A DNA stretch of 64,000 nucleotides, from positions 4,672,001 through 4,736,000 of the forward strand of contig OY970303.1 in assembly GCA_963716255.1 (NCBI GenBank), in the 5' to 3' direction. This document shows, piece after piece, positions 1 through 9,086 of this stretch. The notes beneath the pieces were generated by a model. The model made no database searches and was not told the origin of the DNA. It saw nothing but the letters and a program-made list of their open reading frames with translations. The DNA is from an uncultured Gemmatimonadales bacterium. GTDB taxonomy: Bacteria; Gemmatimonadota; Gemmatimonadetes; Longimicrobiales; Longimicrobiaceae. A program made the position numbers and the translations under genes. How positions within the stretch are numbered: position 1 is the stretch's first letter; every line of letters starts with the position of its first letter.

Positions 1-201
1 TGCCCGTTCGCGGGATCGTGCTCGCGGCCTGTCACCTGCGGGTCGTCGCGGGCCCTCCCGGTTGTTCAGGCGGCGCGGCGGCCAGTTTGAGCATCTTCAA
101 TCCCGGGCGGCTTCCGGGGTTTTCCACCGGGTCGTACTGGACGTTGCAGCTGTACGACGAGGGCGCGGCATAGGGGAACGGCACGGCTTTACGGCCGGGT
201 C

Positions 202-330
202 GGGCGTGCCCCCGGCTGGCGCCGGGGTCGGGCTTCGGCTCCGTAGGGCTGCAAACGACGCAGCCCAACGGAGTCGAGCCCCGGCAAACTGCCGCCGGGT
301 CACGCCCCTTCGGGCCGTAATCCCTCACGC
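202..330 (-). ncRNA. Structured dispersed element, copy 1 (putative ncRNA or non-autonomous mobile element)
   Basis: Reverse complement reads GCGTGAGGGATTACGGCCCGAAGGGGCGTGACCC...GGGCTCGACTCCGT-T-GGGCTGC-GTCGTTT-GCAGCCC-T-ACGGAGCCGAAGCCCGA-CCCCGGC-GCCA-GCCGGGG-GCACGCCC; same frame as four other copies in the window. Repeat is certain, RNA function is not. Confidence 0.6.
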
Positions 331-360
331 AACTGCCTGCCCGTTCTCAAGATCCAGCAG

Positions 361-450
361 TTGCCCCCTCTCCCGGAATGGCGCTTCACGCTTCGCGTGA
401 ACCGGATGAAGGACCCGGGTGGCGAGGCTCAAGCGAGCCGGGTGAGGGCC
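361..450 (-). repeat. REP-like composite repeat, copy 1 (contains TTCACGC-TTC-GCGTGAA hairpin)
   Basis: Near-identical to 1441-1530 (offset 1080 bp); inner hairpin module recurs at 12515-12545. Confidence 0.85.
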
Positions 451-453
451 GGG

Positions 454-491
454 CAAACGCGAGGGGCCGCCGACAGTGCGTCGGCGGCCCC
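454..491 (-). terminator. Intrinsic terminator of the nuclease gene
   Basis: Perfect 12-bp stem GGGGCCGCCGAC/GTCGGCGGCCCC (463-474/480-491) 25 nt after the stop, followed on the minus strand by a short TTT. Confidence 0.65.
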
Positions 492-516
492 GAGTCCGTT
501 CACGGCTCGCCGCGGG

Positions 517-1122
517 TCAGATGATGTCGGCGTCGTCGTTGTGGATCTCCACCGGGCCGAAGTTGTAGTTCCGCATCTTGTCGATGGTGGGCGGGTCCGA
601 GACCAGCCTGGTGGCCTTGTCCACCCGGACGACCTTGGCGCGGATGGTGATGTGCGAGGGGGCGCTGCTGTACGGGGCGAAGTTCCCGAACGTGATGGGA
701 GACACCACCACCTTGTACCTCACTCCGTACCAGAAGCTGGCCGTGGGGTGGTTGCGGTGGTACAGGTCCGCCGACTCGCAGGCCCGCTTGAGCCTGTCTT
801 CGTACTTGGCGTGCCGCTTGTTCGCGCTCTGCGTGAGCGGCGTCAGGTTCCTGGAGTCGGTGCCGGATCCGCCCAGGTTGTCGTTCAGGAGGTGCCCGGC
901 CACCCACTTCCCCGGGTCGCGGACGTGCAGTGGGACCATCAGGCCAGGGATGCTCGTCACGCAGGACTTGCTGCCGTAGTTCACCGACTTGGCCGCGTAC
1001 GGCCCCAGGATCACCGACATCTCCGTCCCGCCGGTGGGGCCCACCAGGCCGTAGACGGGCTTGCTGTGGTACCGGGGCACGACCACGACCGGCGTACGGA
1101 CACGCAAGTTGTATTTTGGCAT
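517..1122 (-). CDS. DNA/RNA non-specific endonuclease (beta-beta-alpha-metal, Endonuclea_NS_2-like), 201 aa
   Basis: Motif AGHLLNDNLGGSG..RNLTPLTQSAN matches GHL...GG....NL.P.....N; normal composition and GC3-rich codons. Confidence 0.8.
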   Translation of the reverse strand: MPKYNLRVRTPVVVVPRYHSKPVYGLVGPTGGTEMSVILGPYAAKSVNYGSKSCVTSIPGLMVPLHVRDPGKWVAGHLLNDNLGGSGTDSRNLTPLTQSANKRHAKYEDRLKRACESADLYHRNHPTASFWYGVRYKVVVSPITFGNFAPYSSAPSHITIRAKVVRVDKATRLVSDPPTIDKMRNYNFGPVEIHNDDADII

Positions 1123-1279
1123 GGCTCTGGGTCCGGGAAGCTGCGTATGGCGGGGGAGGCTGTGGATGCCTGCGGGGATCCTGAACTGTAGCTTCGGCGG
1201 GGGCGCGGATCAAGACCACTCTTCGGCGTATGGCGAGCGGGTGCGGGATCCGGCCGGAACGGCTCTGAACGGCGGGTTT

Positions 1280-1408
1280 GGGCGTGCCCCCGGCGGGCGC
1301 CGGGGTCGGGCTTCGGCTCCGTAGGGCTGCAAACAACGCAGCCCAACGGAGTCGAGCCCGCGCAAACAGCCGCGCGGTCTCGCCCCTCCGGGCCGAAATC
1401 CCTCACGC
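1280..1408 (-). ncRNA. Structured dispersed element, copy 2
   Basis: Reverse complement GCGTGAGGGATTTCGGCCCGGAGGGGCGAGA-CCGCGC-GGCTGTTT-GCGCGG-GCTCGACTCCGT-T-GGGCTGC-GTTGTTT-GCAGCCC-T-ACGGAG...GCACGCCC. Confidence 0.6.
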
Positions 1409-1440
1409 ACGTGCCGACGTGGCCGCAGGATCCCCCGCCG

Positions 1441-1530
1441 TTCCCCCCTCTCCCAGAATGGCGCTTCACGCTTCGCGTGAACCGTATGAAGGACCCGGGT
1501 GGCGAGCCTCGAGCGAGCCGGGTGAGGGCC
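1441..1530 (-). repeat. REP-like composite repeat, copy 2
   Basis: Near-identical to 361-450; abuts the ggt stop codon at 1531. Confidence 0.85.
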
Positions 1531-3381
1531 CTACTGCACCACGCTGCGCACCGCCGTCACCCCCACGGCCGCGCCGCCGCGGCGCGGGTCGGCCACGCCG
1601 GTGAGCACGCCGCCCGGCAGGACGATGATGGTCTGCGTGTCGCCCTGGTAGCCGCCGCGCTCCTCCACGGCGTGGCCCATGGCGCGGAGCGCGTCCGCGG
1701 TCCCGGCGGTGAGGCCGCGGCGCTCGTAGCGCAGCGTGTCGGGGAGGTGCTGGTGGTGGAGGCGGGGGGCCGCGGTCGCGGTGGCGGCGTCCATGTTCCA
1801 GTCCACCACGTTGGACACCATCATCGCCACCGTGGTGATGATGGTGGAGCCGCCGGGGGTGCCCGTCACCAGGCGCACCCTGCCCGCCGGGTCCAGCACG
1901 ATGGTGGGCGTCATCGCCGAAAGCATGCGCTTCCCGGGCTGGACCGCGTTGGCCTCGCCCTGCACCAGCCCGAACTGGTTTGCCGTCCCCGGCTTGGCGG
2001 AAAAGTCGTCCATCTCGTTGTTGAGCAGGAAGCCCGCCCCCGCCACCGTCACCAGGTTGCCGTACAGCGAGTTGATGGTGGTGGTCACCGCCACCGCGTT
2101 GCCCTTGCCGTCCACGATGGAGTAGTGCGTGGTGTGCGTCCCCTCGCCGCGCGCGCCGGCGCCCGCCGGGGCGGCGCCCAGCCCGGGGCGCACCTGCGCG
2201 GACGGAGTGGCGCGCTCGCGCTGGATGGAGCGGCGGCGCTCCGCCGCGTACGCGTCGGACGCCATGCGCGCCGTGGGCTGCGGGACGAAGTCCGGGTCCG
2301 CCAGGTACTCGTTGCGGTCCGCGTAGGCGCGGCGCGTGGCCTCCGCGAACAGGTGCACGTGCTCCGCGGACAGGTAGCCCATGGAGCGCAGGTCGTACCC
2401 CTCCAGGATGTTCAGCATCTCCGCCATGGTCACCCCGCCCGACGAGGTGGGCGGCATGGAAAGCACCTCGTGGCCCCGGTAGGTGAAGCGCACCGGGTCG
2501 CGCCACTTGGCCTCGTAGCGGGCCAGGTCCGCGCGAGTCATCAGCCCGCCGCCGCGCCGCATCTCCTCCTCAACCAGCTCCGCCGTGCGCCCCCGGTAGA
2601 AGCCGTCCCGGCCGTCCCGCGCGATGCGGCGGAAGGTTTCCGCCAGGTCGCGCTGCACGAAGCGGTCGCCCACGCGCGGGACCCGGCCGCCGGGAAGGAA
2701 CACCGCGGCGGTGGCGGGGAAGCGGCGGAAGCGCTCCCCGTACGCGCGCAGCGAGCCGGCCAGGCGCTCGTGCACCACGATCCCCTCCGCCAGGTTCACG
2801 GCCGGCTGCACCAGCTCCGCCCAGGGGAGGCTGCCGAAGCGCCGGTGCGCCTCCCACATCCCCGCCACCGAGCCGGGCACCCCCGCCGCCAGGTGCCCCA
2901 CCAGCGAGCGGTCGGTGAGGTTGCCCTGCGCGTCCAGGAACATGTCGCGCGAGGCCCCCATGGGGGCCGCCTCGCGGAAGTCCAGCGCGGCCGTGGTGCC
3001 GTCCGCCATCCTCACCACCAGGAACCCCCCGCCGCCGATGTTGCCCGCCTCGGGGTTCACCACGGCGAGGGCGAAGTGCGTGGCGACCGCCGCGTCCACC
3101 GCGTTGCCGCCGCGGCGCAGCACCTCGGCGCCCACCTCGCTCGCCACCCGGTCGGTGGTGGACACCATCCCGCCGGTGGCCGTCACCGGGGTGACGGAGC
3201 CCACCGGGAACGCCCACCCCTCCGGGAAGCGCAGACCCGGCGCGGCGGCGGGGGCCGCGGCGCGGGCGGAGGGCACCGCGGGCGGCGCCTCGGGGGCGCA
3301 CCCCGCCGCCAGCAGCGCGGGCGCGAGGAAGCGGAGGGCGAGGGAGCGGACGGGGACGGCACACCGGAGATCCCGCAGCAT
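1531..3381 (-). CDS. ggt: Gamma-glutamyltransferase, probable lipoprotein
   Basis: GGNAVDAAVA, GNIGGGGF, DFREAAP, catalytic TTHYSIVD, LNNEMDDF, GKRMLSAMTP, GTPGGSTI; LAAGC lipobox. Confidence 0.95.
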   Translation of the reverse strand: MLRDLRCAVPVRSLALRFLAPALLAAGCAPEAPPAVPSARAAAPAAAPGLRFPEGWAFPVGSVTPVTATGGMVSTTDRVASEVGAEVLRRGGNAVDAAVATHFALAVVNPEAGNIGGGGFLVVRMADGTTAALDFREAAPMGASRDMFLDAQGNLTDRSLVGHLAAGVPGSVAGMWEAHRRFGSLPWAELVQPAVNLAEGIVVHERLAGSLRAYGERFRRFPATAAVFLPGGRVPRVGDRFVQRDLAETFRRIARDGRDGFYRGRTAELVEEEMRRGGGLMTRADLARYEAKWRDPVRFTYRGHEVLSMPPTSSGGVTMAEMLNILEGYDLRSMGYLSAEHVHLFAEATRRAYADRNEYLADPDFVPQPTARMASDAYAAERRRSIQRERATPSAQVRPGLGAAPAGAGARGEGTHTTHYSIVDGKGNAVAVTTTINSLYGNLVTVAGAGFLLNNEMDDFSAKPGTANQFGLVQGEANAVQPGKRMLSAMTPTIVLDPAGRVRLVTGTPGGSTIITTVAMMVSNVVDWNMDAATATAAPRLHHQHLPDTLRYERRGLTAGTADALRAMGHAVEERGGYQGDTQTIIVLPGGVLTGVADPRRGGAAVGVTAVRSVVQ

Positions 3382-3473
3382 GGCACCTTTTCGCGCAGGA
3401 GTGACAGGGTTACTTTCCCGGCAATCTACCCGTCGCTTCTCCGGGCTGGCAACCGAACCCGAAGCCGCAGTAC

Positions 3474-4397
3474 ATGTCCAGCAGCGCCGCGCACGATCCC
3501 CGCCTCACCGAGCAGCGCAACCCCGCCTCGGCGGAGGTGGACCGCCTTTCCCCGCTGGAGATCGTCGACCTCGTCAACGCCGAGGACCAGAAGGTCGCCC
3601 CCGCCGTGCACCGCGAGCGGGAAAAGATCGCGCGGGCGCTGGAGATCGCGGAGGACGCCTTCCGTACCGGCGGCAGGCTGATCTACGTGGGCGCGGGGAC
3701 CTCGGGGCGGCTGGGGGTGCTGGACGCTTCCGAGATGCCGCCCACCTACGGCACCGACCCCGCCATGGTGCGGGGCGTGATCGCGGGCGGCGAGACGGCG
3801 CTCACCCGCGCGGTGGAGGGGGCGGAGGACCACCCCGAGGACGGCGCCGCCGCGGTGGACGCGCTGGAGGTGGGCCCGGCGGATTTCGTCTTCGGCATCG
3901 CCGCCTCGGGGACCACGCCGTACGTGCACGGTGCCCTGGGGCGGGCGAAGGAGCGGGGGGCGCGCACCGGGTTCCTGCTGTGCACCGACCCGTCGCCGGA
4001 GATGCTGGAGGCGTACGACGTGGTGATCGCGCCGCTCGCCGGCCCCGAGGTGGTCACCGGCTCCACCCGCATGAAGGCCGGCACCGCCACCAAGCTGGTG
4101 CTCAACACCATCACCACCGGGGCCATGATCCGGATGGGGAAGGTGTACGGGAACCTGATGGTGGACCTGCGGGTTACCAACCAGAAGCTGCAGGGGCGCA
4201 GCGAGCGCATCCTCATGGAGACGCTGGACCTGGACCGCGAGGAGGCGCGCGCGCTGCTGGCCCGCGCCGGGGGGAGCGTCAAGACGGCGATGGTGATGCA
4301 CTGGACGGGCGGCGACCGGCGGCAGGCGCAGCGGCGGCTGAAGCGCGTGGGCGGCCGCCTGGGCGACATCCTGCGGGAGGAGGACGCGAATGGCTGA
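3474..4397 (+). CDS. murQ: N-acetylmuramic acid 6-phosphate etherase
   Basis: TEQRNP, GAGTSGRLGVLDASE, GIAASGTTPY, GPEVVTGSTRMKAGTATKLVLN, NLMVD. Confidence 0.97.
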   Translation: MSSSAAHDPRLTEQRNPASAEVDRLSPLEIVDLVNAEDQKVAPAVHREREKIARALEIAEDAFRTGGRLIYVGAGTSGRLGVLDASEMPPTYGTDPAMVRGVIAGGETALTRAVEGAEDHPEDGAAAVDALEVGPADFVFGIAASGTTPYVHGALGRAKERGARTGFLLCTDPSPEMLEAYDVVIAPLAGPEVVTGSTRMKAGTATKLVLNTITTGAMIRMGKVYGNLMVDLRVTNQKLQGRSERILMETLDLDREEARALLARAGGSVKTAMVMHWTGGDRRQAQRRLKRVGGRLGDILREEDANG

Positions 4398-4857
4398 GGA
4401 CGCCCCGCCGCACCCGGCGCACGTCGCCGACTGGGAGGACCTGCTGGTGCGGCTGGAGATCGCCCCGCGTGCGCTGCGCGTCACGCTGGAGGACGCCCCC
4501 GCCGGCGACCCGGAGGTCCGCGCCATCGTGGCCGGCGCGGCGGCGAAGGAGCGCGTCTTCCAGCGCGCGATGGAGGCGATGCAGGCCGGTGGCCCCCTCC
4601 CGGACGCCGCGCCCCAGCCGGCGGAGGAGGGCGGGGGCGACACTCGCTCGCTGGCCGAGGCCTTCACCTCGCTGCGCATGCGCACCTTCGCCATGGCGCA
4701 GCGGCGCGGCGTGGACGTGTGGGCCTGGCAATCGGCGGACGCGGAGGGAGGCACGCTCACCGTGTACCAGCTCTTCACCCGCATGGTGCGGGAGGACGCG
4801 CGCCTGCTGGCGGCGCTCCGCGAGCGGATCCGCGCCCCGGGAGGCGCCGCGTGCTGA
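4390..4857 (+). CDS. Hypothetical helical protein (possibly degenerate DinB/YfiT-like)
   Basis: Overlaps murQ stop and anmK start; RBS-like GGAGGA upstream; fold guess is weak. Confidence 0.7.
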   Translation: MAEDAPPHPAHVADWEDLLVRLEIAPRALRVTLEDAPAGDPEVRAIVAGAAAKERVFQRAMEAMQAGGPLPDAAPQPAEEGGGDTRSLAEAFTSLRMRTFAMAQRRGVDVWAWQSADAEGGTLTVYQLFTRMVREDARLLAALRERIRAPGGAAC

Positions 4858-6011
4858 TCGTGGGGCTGATGTCCGGCACCTCGCTGGACGGGGTGGACGC
4901 GGCGCTGGTGGAGGTCGACGGCGAGGGGGCGGACGACGTCCGCTTCCGGCTCGTCCACTGGCTCACGGCGCCCTTCGACGAGGCCCGCAGGGAGGCCATA
5001 CACGGCGCGATCCTTGCCGGTTCTGCGGAGCGCCTGTGCGGGCTCCACGCCGACCTGGGGGAGTGGCTGGGGGAGGCCGTGGTGCGGGTCTGCGAGGAGG
5101 CCGGCGTCCCCCGGGAGCGGGTGGACGCGGTGGGCTCGCACGGGCAGACGGTGTGGCACCGCCCCCCCGCCGGGGCGCGGCGCGGGGCCACGCTCCAGCT
5201 GGGCGACCCGGCCACCATCGCGGAGCGCACCGGGATCGCCGTCGTGTCCGACTTCCGCACCCGCGACATGGCGGCGGGAGGGCAGGGGGCGCCGCTCGTC
5301 CCCTGGGTGGACCGGCTCCTCTTCTCCCTCCCGGACCGCGCGCGGGCGCTCCAGAACATCGGCGGCATCGGCAACGTCACCTGGGTGCCCCCGCGGGGCT
5401 CTGCGGAAAGCGTCCTGGCCTTCGACACCGGCCCCGGCAACGCGCTGATGGACACGGCGGTGGAGATCGCCACGGGCGGGCGGATGACCTACGACCGCGA
5501 CGGCCGGCTGGGGGCGCAGGGCCAGGTGGACGAGATCCTGCTGGCCGACCTGCTGCGGCACCCGTACTTTGCGGCGGAGCCCCCCAAGTCCACCGGGCGC
5601 GAGGAGTTTGGCCGGCCGTTCGTGGAGCGGCTGGTGTCGGCGACCGCGCCCGAGGGTGACCGCGACTGGCTGGACCTGGTGGCCACCCTGACGGAGCTGA
5701 CGGCGCGCTCCATCGCGGACGCGTACCGCCGCTGGATCGTCCCCCGCGGGGTGGAGCAGGTGGTGCTGACCGGAGGGGGCGCACGCAACCCGACCCTGGT
5801 GAGGAGGATCCGCAGCTTGCTCGATCCCCTGGAAGTCGTCGGCGGCGAGGTGCTCGGGGTGGACCCCGAGTGCAAGGAAGCGGTGGCCTTCGCGGTCCTC
5901 GCCTGGGCGCACCTGCGCGGCATCCCCGCCAACGTCCCCGCCGCCACCGGCGCCGCGGGGCCGCGCGTGCTGGGCTCCCTGACGCCGGGCGCCGCCGCGG
6001 GCGGCGCCTGA
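4851..6011 (+). CDS. anmK: Anhydro-N-acetylmuramic acid kinase
   Basis: GTG start at 4851; GLMSGTSLDGVD, GSHGQT, DFRTRDMAAGGQGAPL, NIGGIGN, FDTGPGN, PKSTGRE, GGGARN, KEAVAFA. Confidence 0.97.
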   Translation: MLIVGLMSGTSLDGVDAALVEVDGEGADDVRFRLVHWLTAPFDEARREAIHGAILAGSAERLCGLHADLGEWLGEAVVRVCEEAGVPRERVDAVGSHGQTVWHRPPAGARRGATLQLGDPATIAERTGIAVVSDFRTRDMAAGGQGAPLVPWVDRLLFSLPDRARALQNIGGIGNVTWVPPRGSAESVLAFDTGPGNALMDTAVEIATGGRMTYDRDGRLGAQGQVDEILLADLLRHPYFAAEPPKSTGREEFGRPFVERLVSATAPEGDRDWLDLVATLTELTARSIADAYRRWIVPRGVEQVVLTGGGARNPTLVRRIRSLLDPLEVVGGEVLGVDPECKEAVAFAVLAWAHLRGIPANVPAATGAAGPRVLGSLTPGAAAGGA

Positions 6012-6031
6012 CCCCGGCCACCGGACTCCCC

Positions 6032-7234
6032 TTGAACCCGCGCACTTCCCTCGCCCGCAGGGCCCTGGCCCTCCTGTCGCTGGCCGCGCTCCCCGCGTGC
6101 TGGCACGGGCAGTCGAGCGCCGTGCCCGCGCCGCAGCGGCTCACGAACGAGGTGCGCAGCATCCTGGCCGAGGAGCGCCCGTCGGCGCGCTTCTACCGCA
6201 ACCGCAGCCGCCTGGAGCGCATGGGCGCGGAGATCGACCCGGTGCTGGTGTCGCTGGTGGACGACGCGGAGGCGGACGGGACGGTGCGCACCAACGCGCT
6301 CCTCCTGCTGGCCGACCGGCGCTCTCCCGCGGCCGTGCCGGTGCTGCGCCGGGTGGTCGTCACCGCGGAGGACGCGGGGCTGCGCTCGGCGGCGGTGCAG
6401 GGGCTGCAGCGCTTCGCGTCCGAGTCGCGGCAGGCGGCCAACGGGATCCGCGCGGCCATCGACGACCCGTCGCGCCAGGTGCGCCTCACCGTGCTGCAGG
6501 CGCTGGACGTGGAGGACGTGGCGCTGATCCGCGCGCTGCTGCGCCGCGAGGAGGACTCGCAGGTGCGCTCGGTGGCGAAGGCGCTGGTGGCGCTGGCCGA
6601 GTCGCGCGGGGCGCCGCTCCCGCCGGAGGGGGACGGTACGTACCGCTCCACCGCGCAGGACGACGAGCCGCAGATCGTCTTCCAGCCGTCCTGGACGGAC
6701 CCGGTGGCGGGGATCGCGGTGGGCGCCCTCTGGGTGCAGCTCCCCGGCGATCACCTGGTGCCGCTGGCGCAGAAGGTGGAGGTGGTGGCCGGGGTGGTGC
6801 CGGCGTTCCTGTCGCCCGACCGCTCGGCGGTTGTGTACGAGGCAGACCGCGAGGTGCGGGTGCGCGACCTGAAAACCGGGGCCACGCGCGTCCTGGGGGC
6901 GGGGCTCGCCCCGCGCCCCATCCCCTTCACGGACCGCCTGGTGTACGTGGAGGAGCGGCTGCGCGCCCGCCGCCGGGTGGAGCAGGGGACGGAGATGACC
7001 TACCAGGTGGTCTCCGCCGGCTTCACCCCCGGCACGCTGGAGCGCCTGGGGACGCTGGTGGCGATCACCCGCGCGGACCGCCACGCCAACGCGTCGCCGG
7101 TGCGCTGGATGGTGGTGGGGGAGACCCCGGAGGGGTTCGTCCTCCGCGGCGAGCGCATCTCCCCGTTCCTCCTCCCCAACCCGTTCGAGGGGCAGCGGCT
7201 CAACCGCCCGCCTCCGCGCCGCAGACCCAACTGA
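6032..7234 (+). CDS. HEAT-repeat lipoprotein with beta-rich C-terminal region
   Basis: Probable TTG start; signal peptide ending LPAC; repeated VR..A...L helical motifs. Confidence 0.7.
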   Translation: MNPRTSLARRALALLSLAALPACWHGQSSAVPAPQRLTNEVRSILAEERPSARFYRNRSRLERMGAEIDPVLVSLVDDAEADGTVRTNALLLLADRRSPAAVPVLRRVVVTAEDAGLRSAAVQGLQRFASESRQAANGIRAAIDDPSRQVRLTVLQALDVEDVALIRALLRREEDSQVRSVAKALVALAESRGAPLPPEGDGTYRSTAQDDEPQIVFQPSWTDPVAGIAVGALWVQLPGDHLVPLAQKVEVVAGVVPAFLSPDRSAVVYEADREVRVRDLKTGATRVLGAGLAPRPIPFTDRLVYVEERLRARRRVEQGTEMTYQVVSAGFTPGTLERLGTLVAITRADRHANASPVRWMVVGETPEGFVLRGERISPFLLPNPFEGQRLNRPPPRRRPN

Positions 7235-7254
7235 GACCCCACCCCCAGAGGCAA

Positions 7255-8724
7255 GTGACTGGCTCGTCGAACGTCGCCCGGCTCCTCCTCCCCGCGCTCC
7301 GCTGGAACGCCGACACCGGCTTCGGCCACTGCCGCGACGAGGTGGAGCGGGGGCTCCGCCTGGGCGTGGGCGGCTTCATCCTCTTCGGCGGCGAGGCGGG
7401 TGCGGTGCGCGAGCTCACCGCGGAGCTGCACCGACGCGCGCCGTACCCGCTGCTGGTGGCGAGCGACCTGGAGCGAGGCGCGGGGCAGCAGTTCCGGGGC
7501 GCGACGCCGCTCCCGCCGGCGGCGGCCATCGGCTGGCTGGACGAGCCGGCGACGGCGGAGCGGGCCGGCGAGCTGACGGCACGGGAGGCGCGCGCGCTGG
7601 GGGTGAACTGGATCTACGCGCCGGTGGCGGACGTGGACCTGGAGCCGGAGAACCCCATCATCGGGACGCGCGCCTTCGGGACGGACCCGGAGCGGGTGGC
7701 GGAGCAGGTGGCCGCCTGGGTGCGCGGGTGCGCGCGGGGCGGGGGGCTCTCCTGCGCGAAGCACTTCCCGGGGCACGGGCGCACCGTGGGCGACTCGCAC
7801 ATCGAGCGTCCCTGCGTGTACGTGTCGCGGGCGGAGATGGAGGACGACCTGCGCCCCTTCCGCGCGGCCACGGCGGCGGGGGTGGATTCCATGATGACGG
7901 CGCACGTGTGCTACACGGCGCTGGACCCGGACGGGATCCCGGCCACGCTCTCGCCGCCCATCCTGGACGGCGTCCTGCGCGGGGAGCTGGGCTTCGGGGG
8001 GCTGGTGGTGACGGACGCCATCATCATGGAGGGGCTGGTGGAGGACATGACGGAGGTGCAGGCGGCCGTGCGGGCGGTGGCCGCGGGGTGCGACCTCCTC
8101 CTGTACCCGGACGACGCGGAGGCGGTGGCGGCGGAGGTGCAGGCGGCGCTGGAGGACGGCCGCCTCCCGGCCGCGAGGGTGGAGGAGGCGCTCGGCCGCA
8201 TCTCGGCGGCGGCGGAGCGGGTGGCGGGCGGGCCGGTGGGGGAGTGGGGGCTGGAGGAGGACCGCCGCTGGGCGCTGGCGACGGCGGTCCGCACCCTGCG
8301 CGTGATCCGCGGCACGCCCGGGATCCCGGAAGGTCCCGTGCGCCTGGTGGAAGTGGAGGACGACCTGGGCGGGCCGTACCCTCCCTACCCGCGCGACGCC
8401 TTCCCCGCCGCGCTCCGGGCCGCCGGGGTGGAGCTGGCGGAGGAGGGAACGCCGCTGGTGGCGGTGTACTCGGACATCCGCGCCTGGAAGGGCCGCCCGG
8501 GGATCTCCGATGCCGCGCGGGAGCGGGTGCGCGAGGCCGTGGCCGCCGCCCCCGACGCCACGGTCGTCCTTTTCAGCCACCCGCGCCTGGCCGGCGAGCT
8601 CCCCACCGCCCGCAACCTGCTGGCCGCCTGGGGCGGCGAGGCGCTGATGCAGGAAGCCGTGGTCGCCCGCCTCACCGGCGCGGCCGACATGCTCCCCAGC
8701 CTGGCCGCGGGCCTGGACCGCTGA
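7255..8724 (+). CDS. nagZ: GH3 beta-N-acetylglucosaminidase
   Basis: DLERG, APVADV, KHFPGHGRTVGDSH (NagZ signature), MMTAH, VVTDA; GTG start at 7255 within the 6097 ORF. Confidence 0.9.
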   Translation: MTGSSNVARLLLPALRWNADTGFGHCRDEVERGLRLGVGGFILFGGEAGAVRELTAELHRRAPYPLLVASDLERGAGQQFRGATPLPPAAAIGWLDEPATAERAGELTAREARALGVNWIYAPVADVDLEPENPIIGTRAFGTDPERVAEQVAAWVRGCARGGGLSCAKHFPGHGRTVGDSHIERPCVYVSRAEMEDDLRPFRAATAAGVDSMMTAHVCYTALDPDGIPATLSPPILDGVLRGELGFGGLVVTDAIIMEGLVEDMTEVQAAVRAVAAGCDLLLYPDDAEAVAAEVQAALEDGRLPAARVEEALGRISAAAERVAGGPVGEWGLEEDRRWALATAVRTLRVIRGTPGIPEGPVRLVEVEDDLGGPYPPYPRDAFPAALRAAGVELAEEGTPLVAVYSDIRAWKGRPGISDAARERVREAVAAAPDATVVLFSHPRLAGELPTARNLLAAWGGEALMQEAVVARLTGAADMLPSLAAGLDR

Positions 8725-9035
8725 TCCCGCCGCGCGCTGCGCGGGCCCCGGTTTGTCTCCATGGTGCTCCTCCCCTTGCGCGACCGGGGAGGAGCACTGC
8801 CTTTTCCGGCACCGGCGTGTACCTCTGCACGGCAATGACAGTGTGCGCTTCGGGTAGCTCCGGGTATGGGGTCGGCCGGGGGAGGCTGCTCCGGCAATGC
8901 GAAACTCGCCCACCGGTGGAGCAGGTCCGTGGGATCACGCTGGCTTCGAACAAACGCACTGCCTGCGCACCCTCCCCCGACCTCCCGGCGCAGATCCCAA
9001 ACGGCAACGGCCGTGTCGTTCGTAGGAGTAGTGCT

Positions 9036-9079
9036 CCCCCTCTCCCGCTTGCGGGGGAGGGGGCCGGGGGGAGGGGGCC
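9036..9079. repeat. REP-like GC-rich palindrome CCCCCTCTCCC-GCTTGC-GGGGGAGGGGG
   Basis: Imperfect inverted repeat just upstream of structured element copy 3; shares CCCCCTCTCCC with 361-450 and 1441-1530. Confidence 0.6.
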
Positions 9080-9086
9080 TGCCGTC

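Noticed and set aside
202..1530. Possible CRISPR array or integron attC cassette
   Set aside because: Only two long repeats about 1.1 kb apart, no cas or intI gene, no convincing RYYYAAC/GTTRRRY ends.
32..1604. Small ORFs with recurring peptides (MRDYGPKGRDP, LRSRSPTPAPAGGTP)
   Set aside because: Translations of the repeated element, not a protein family.
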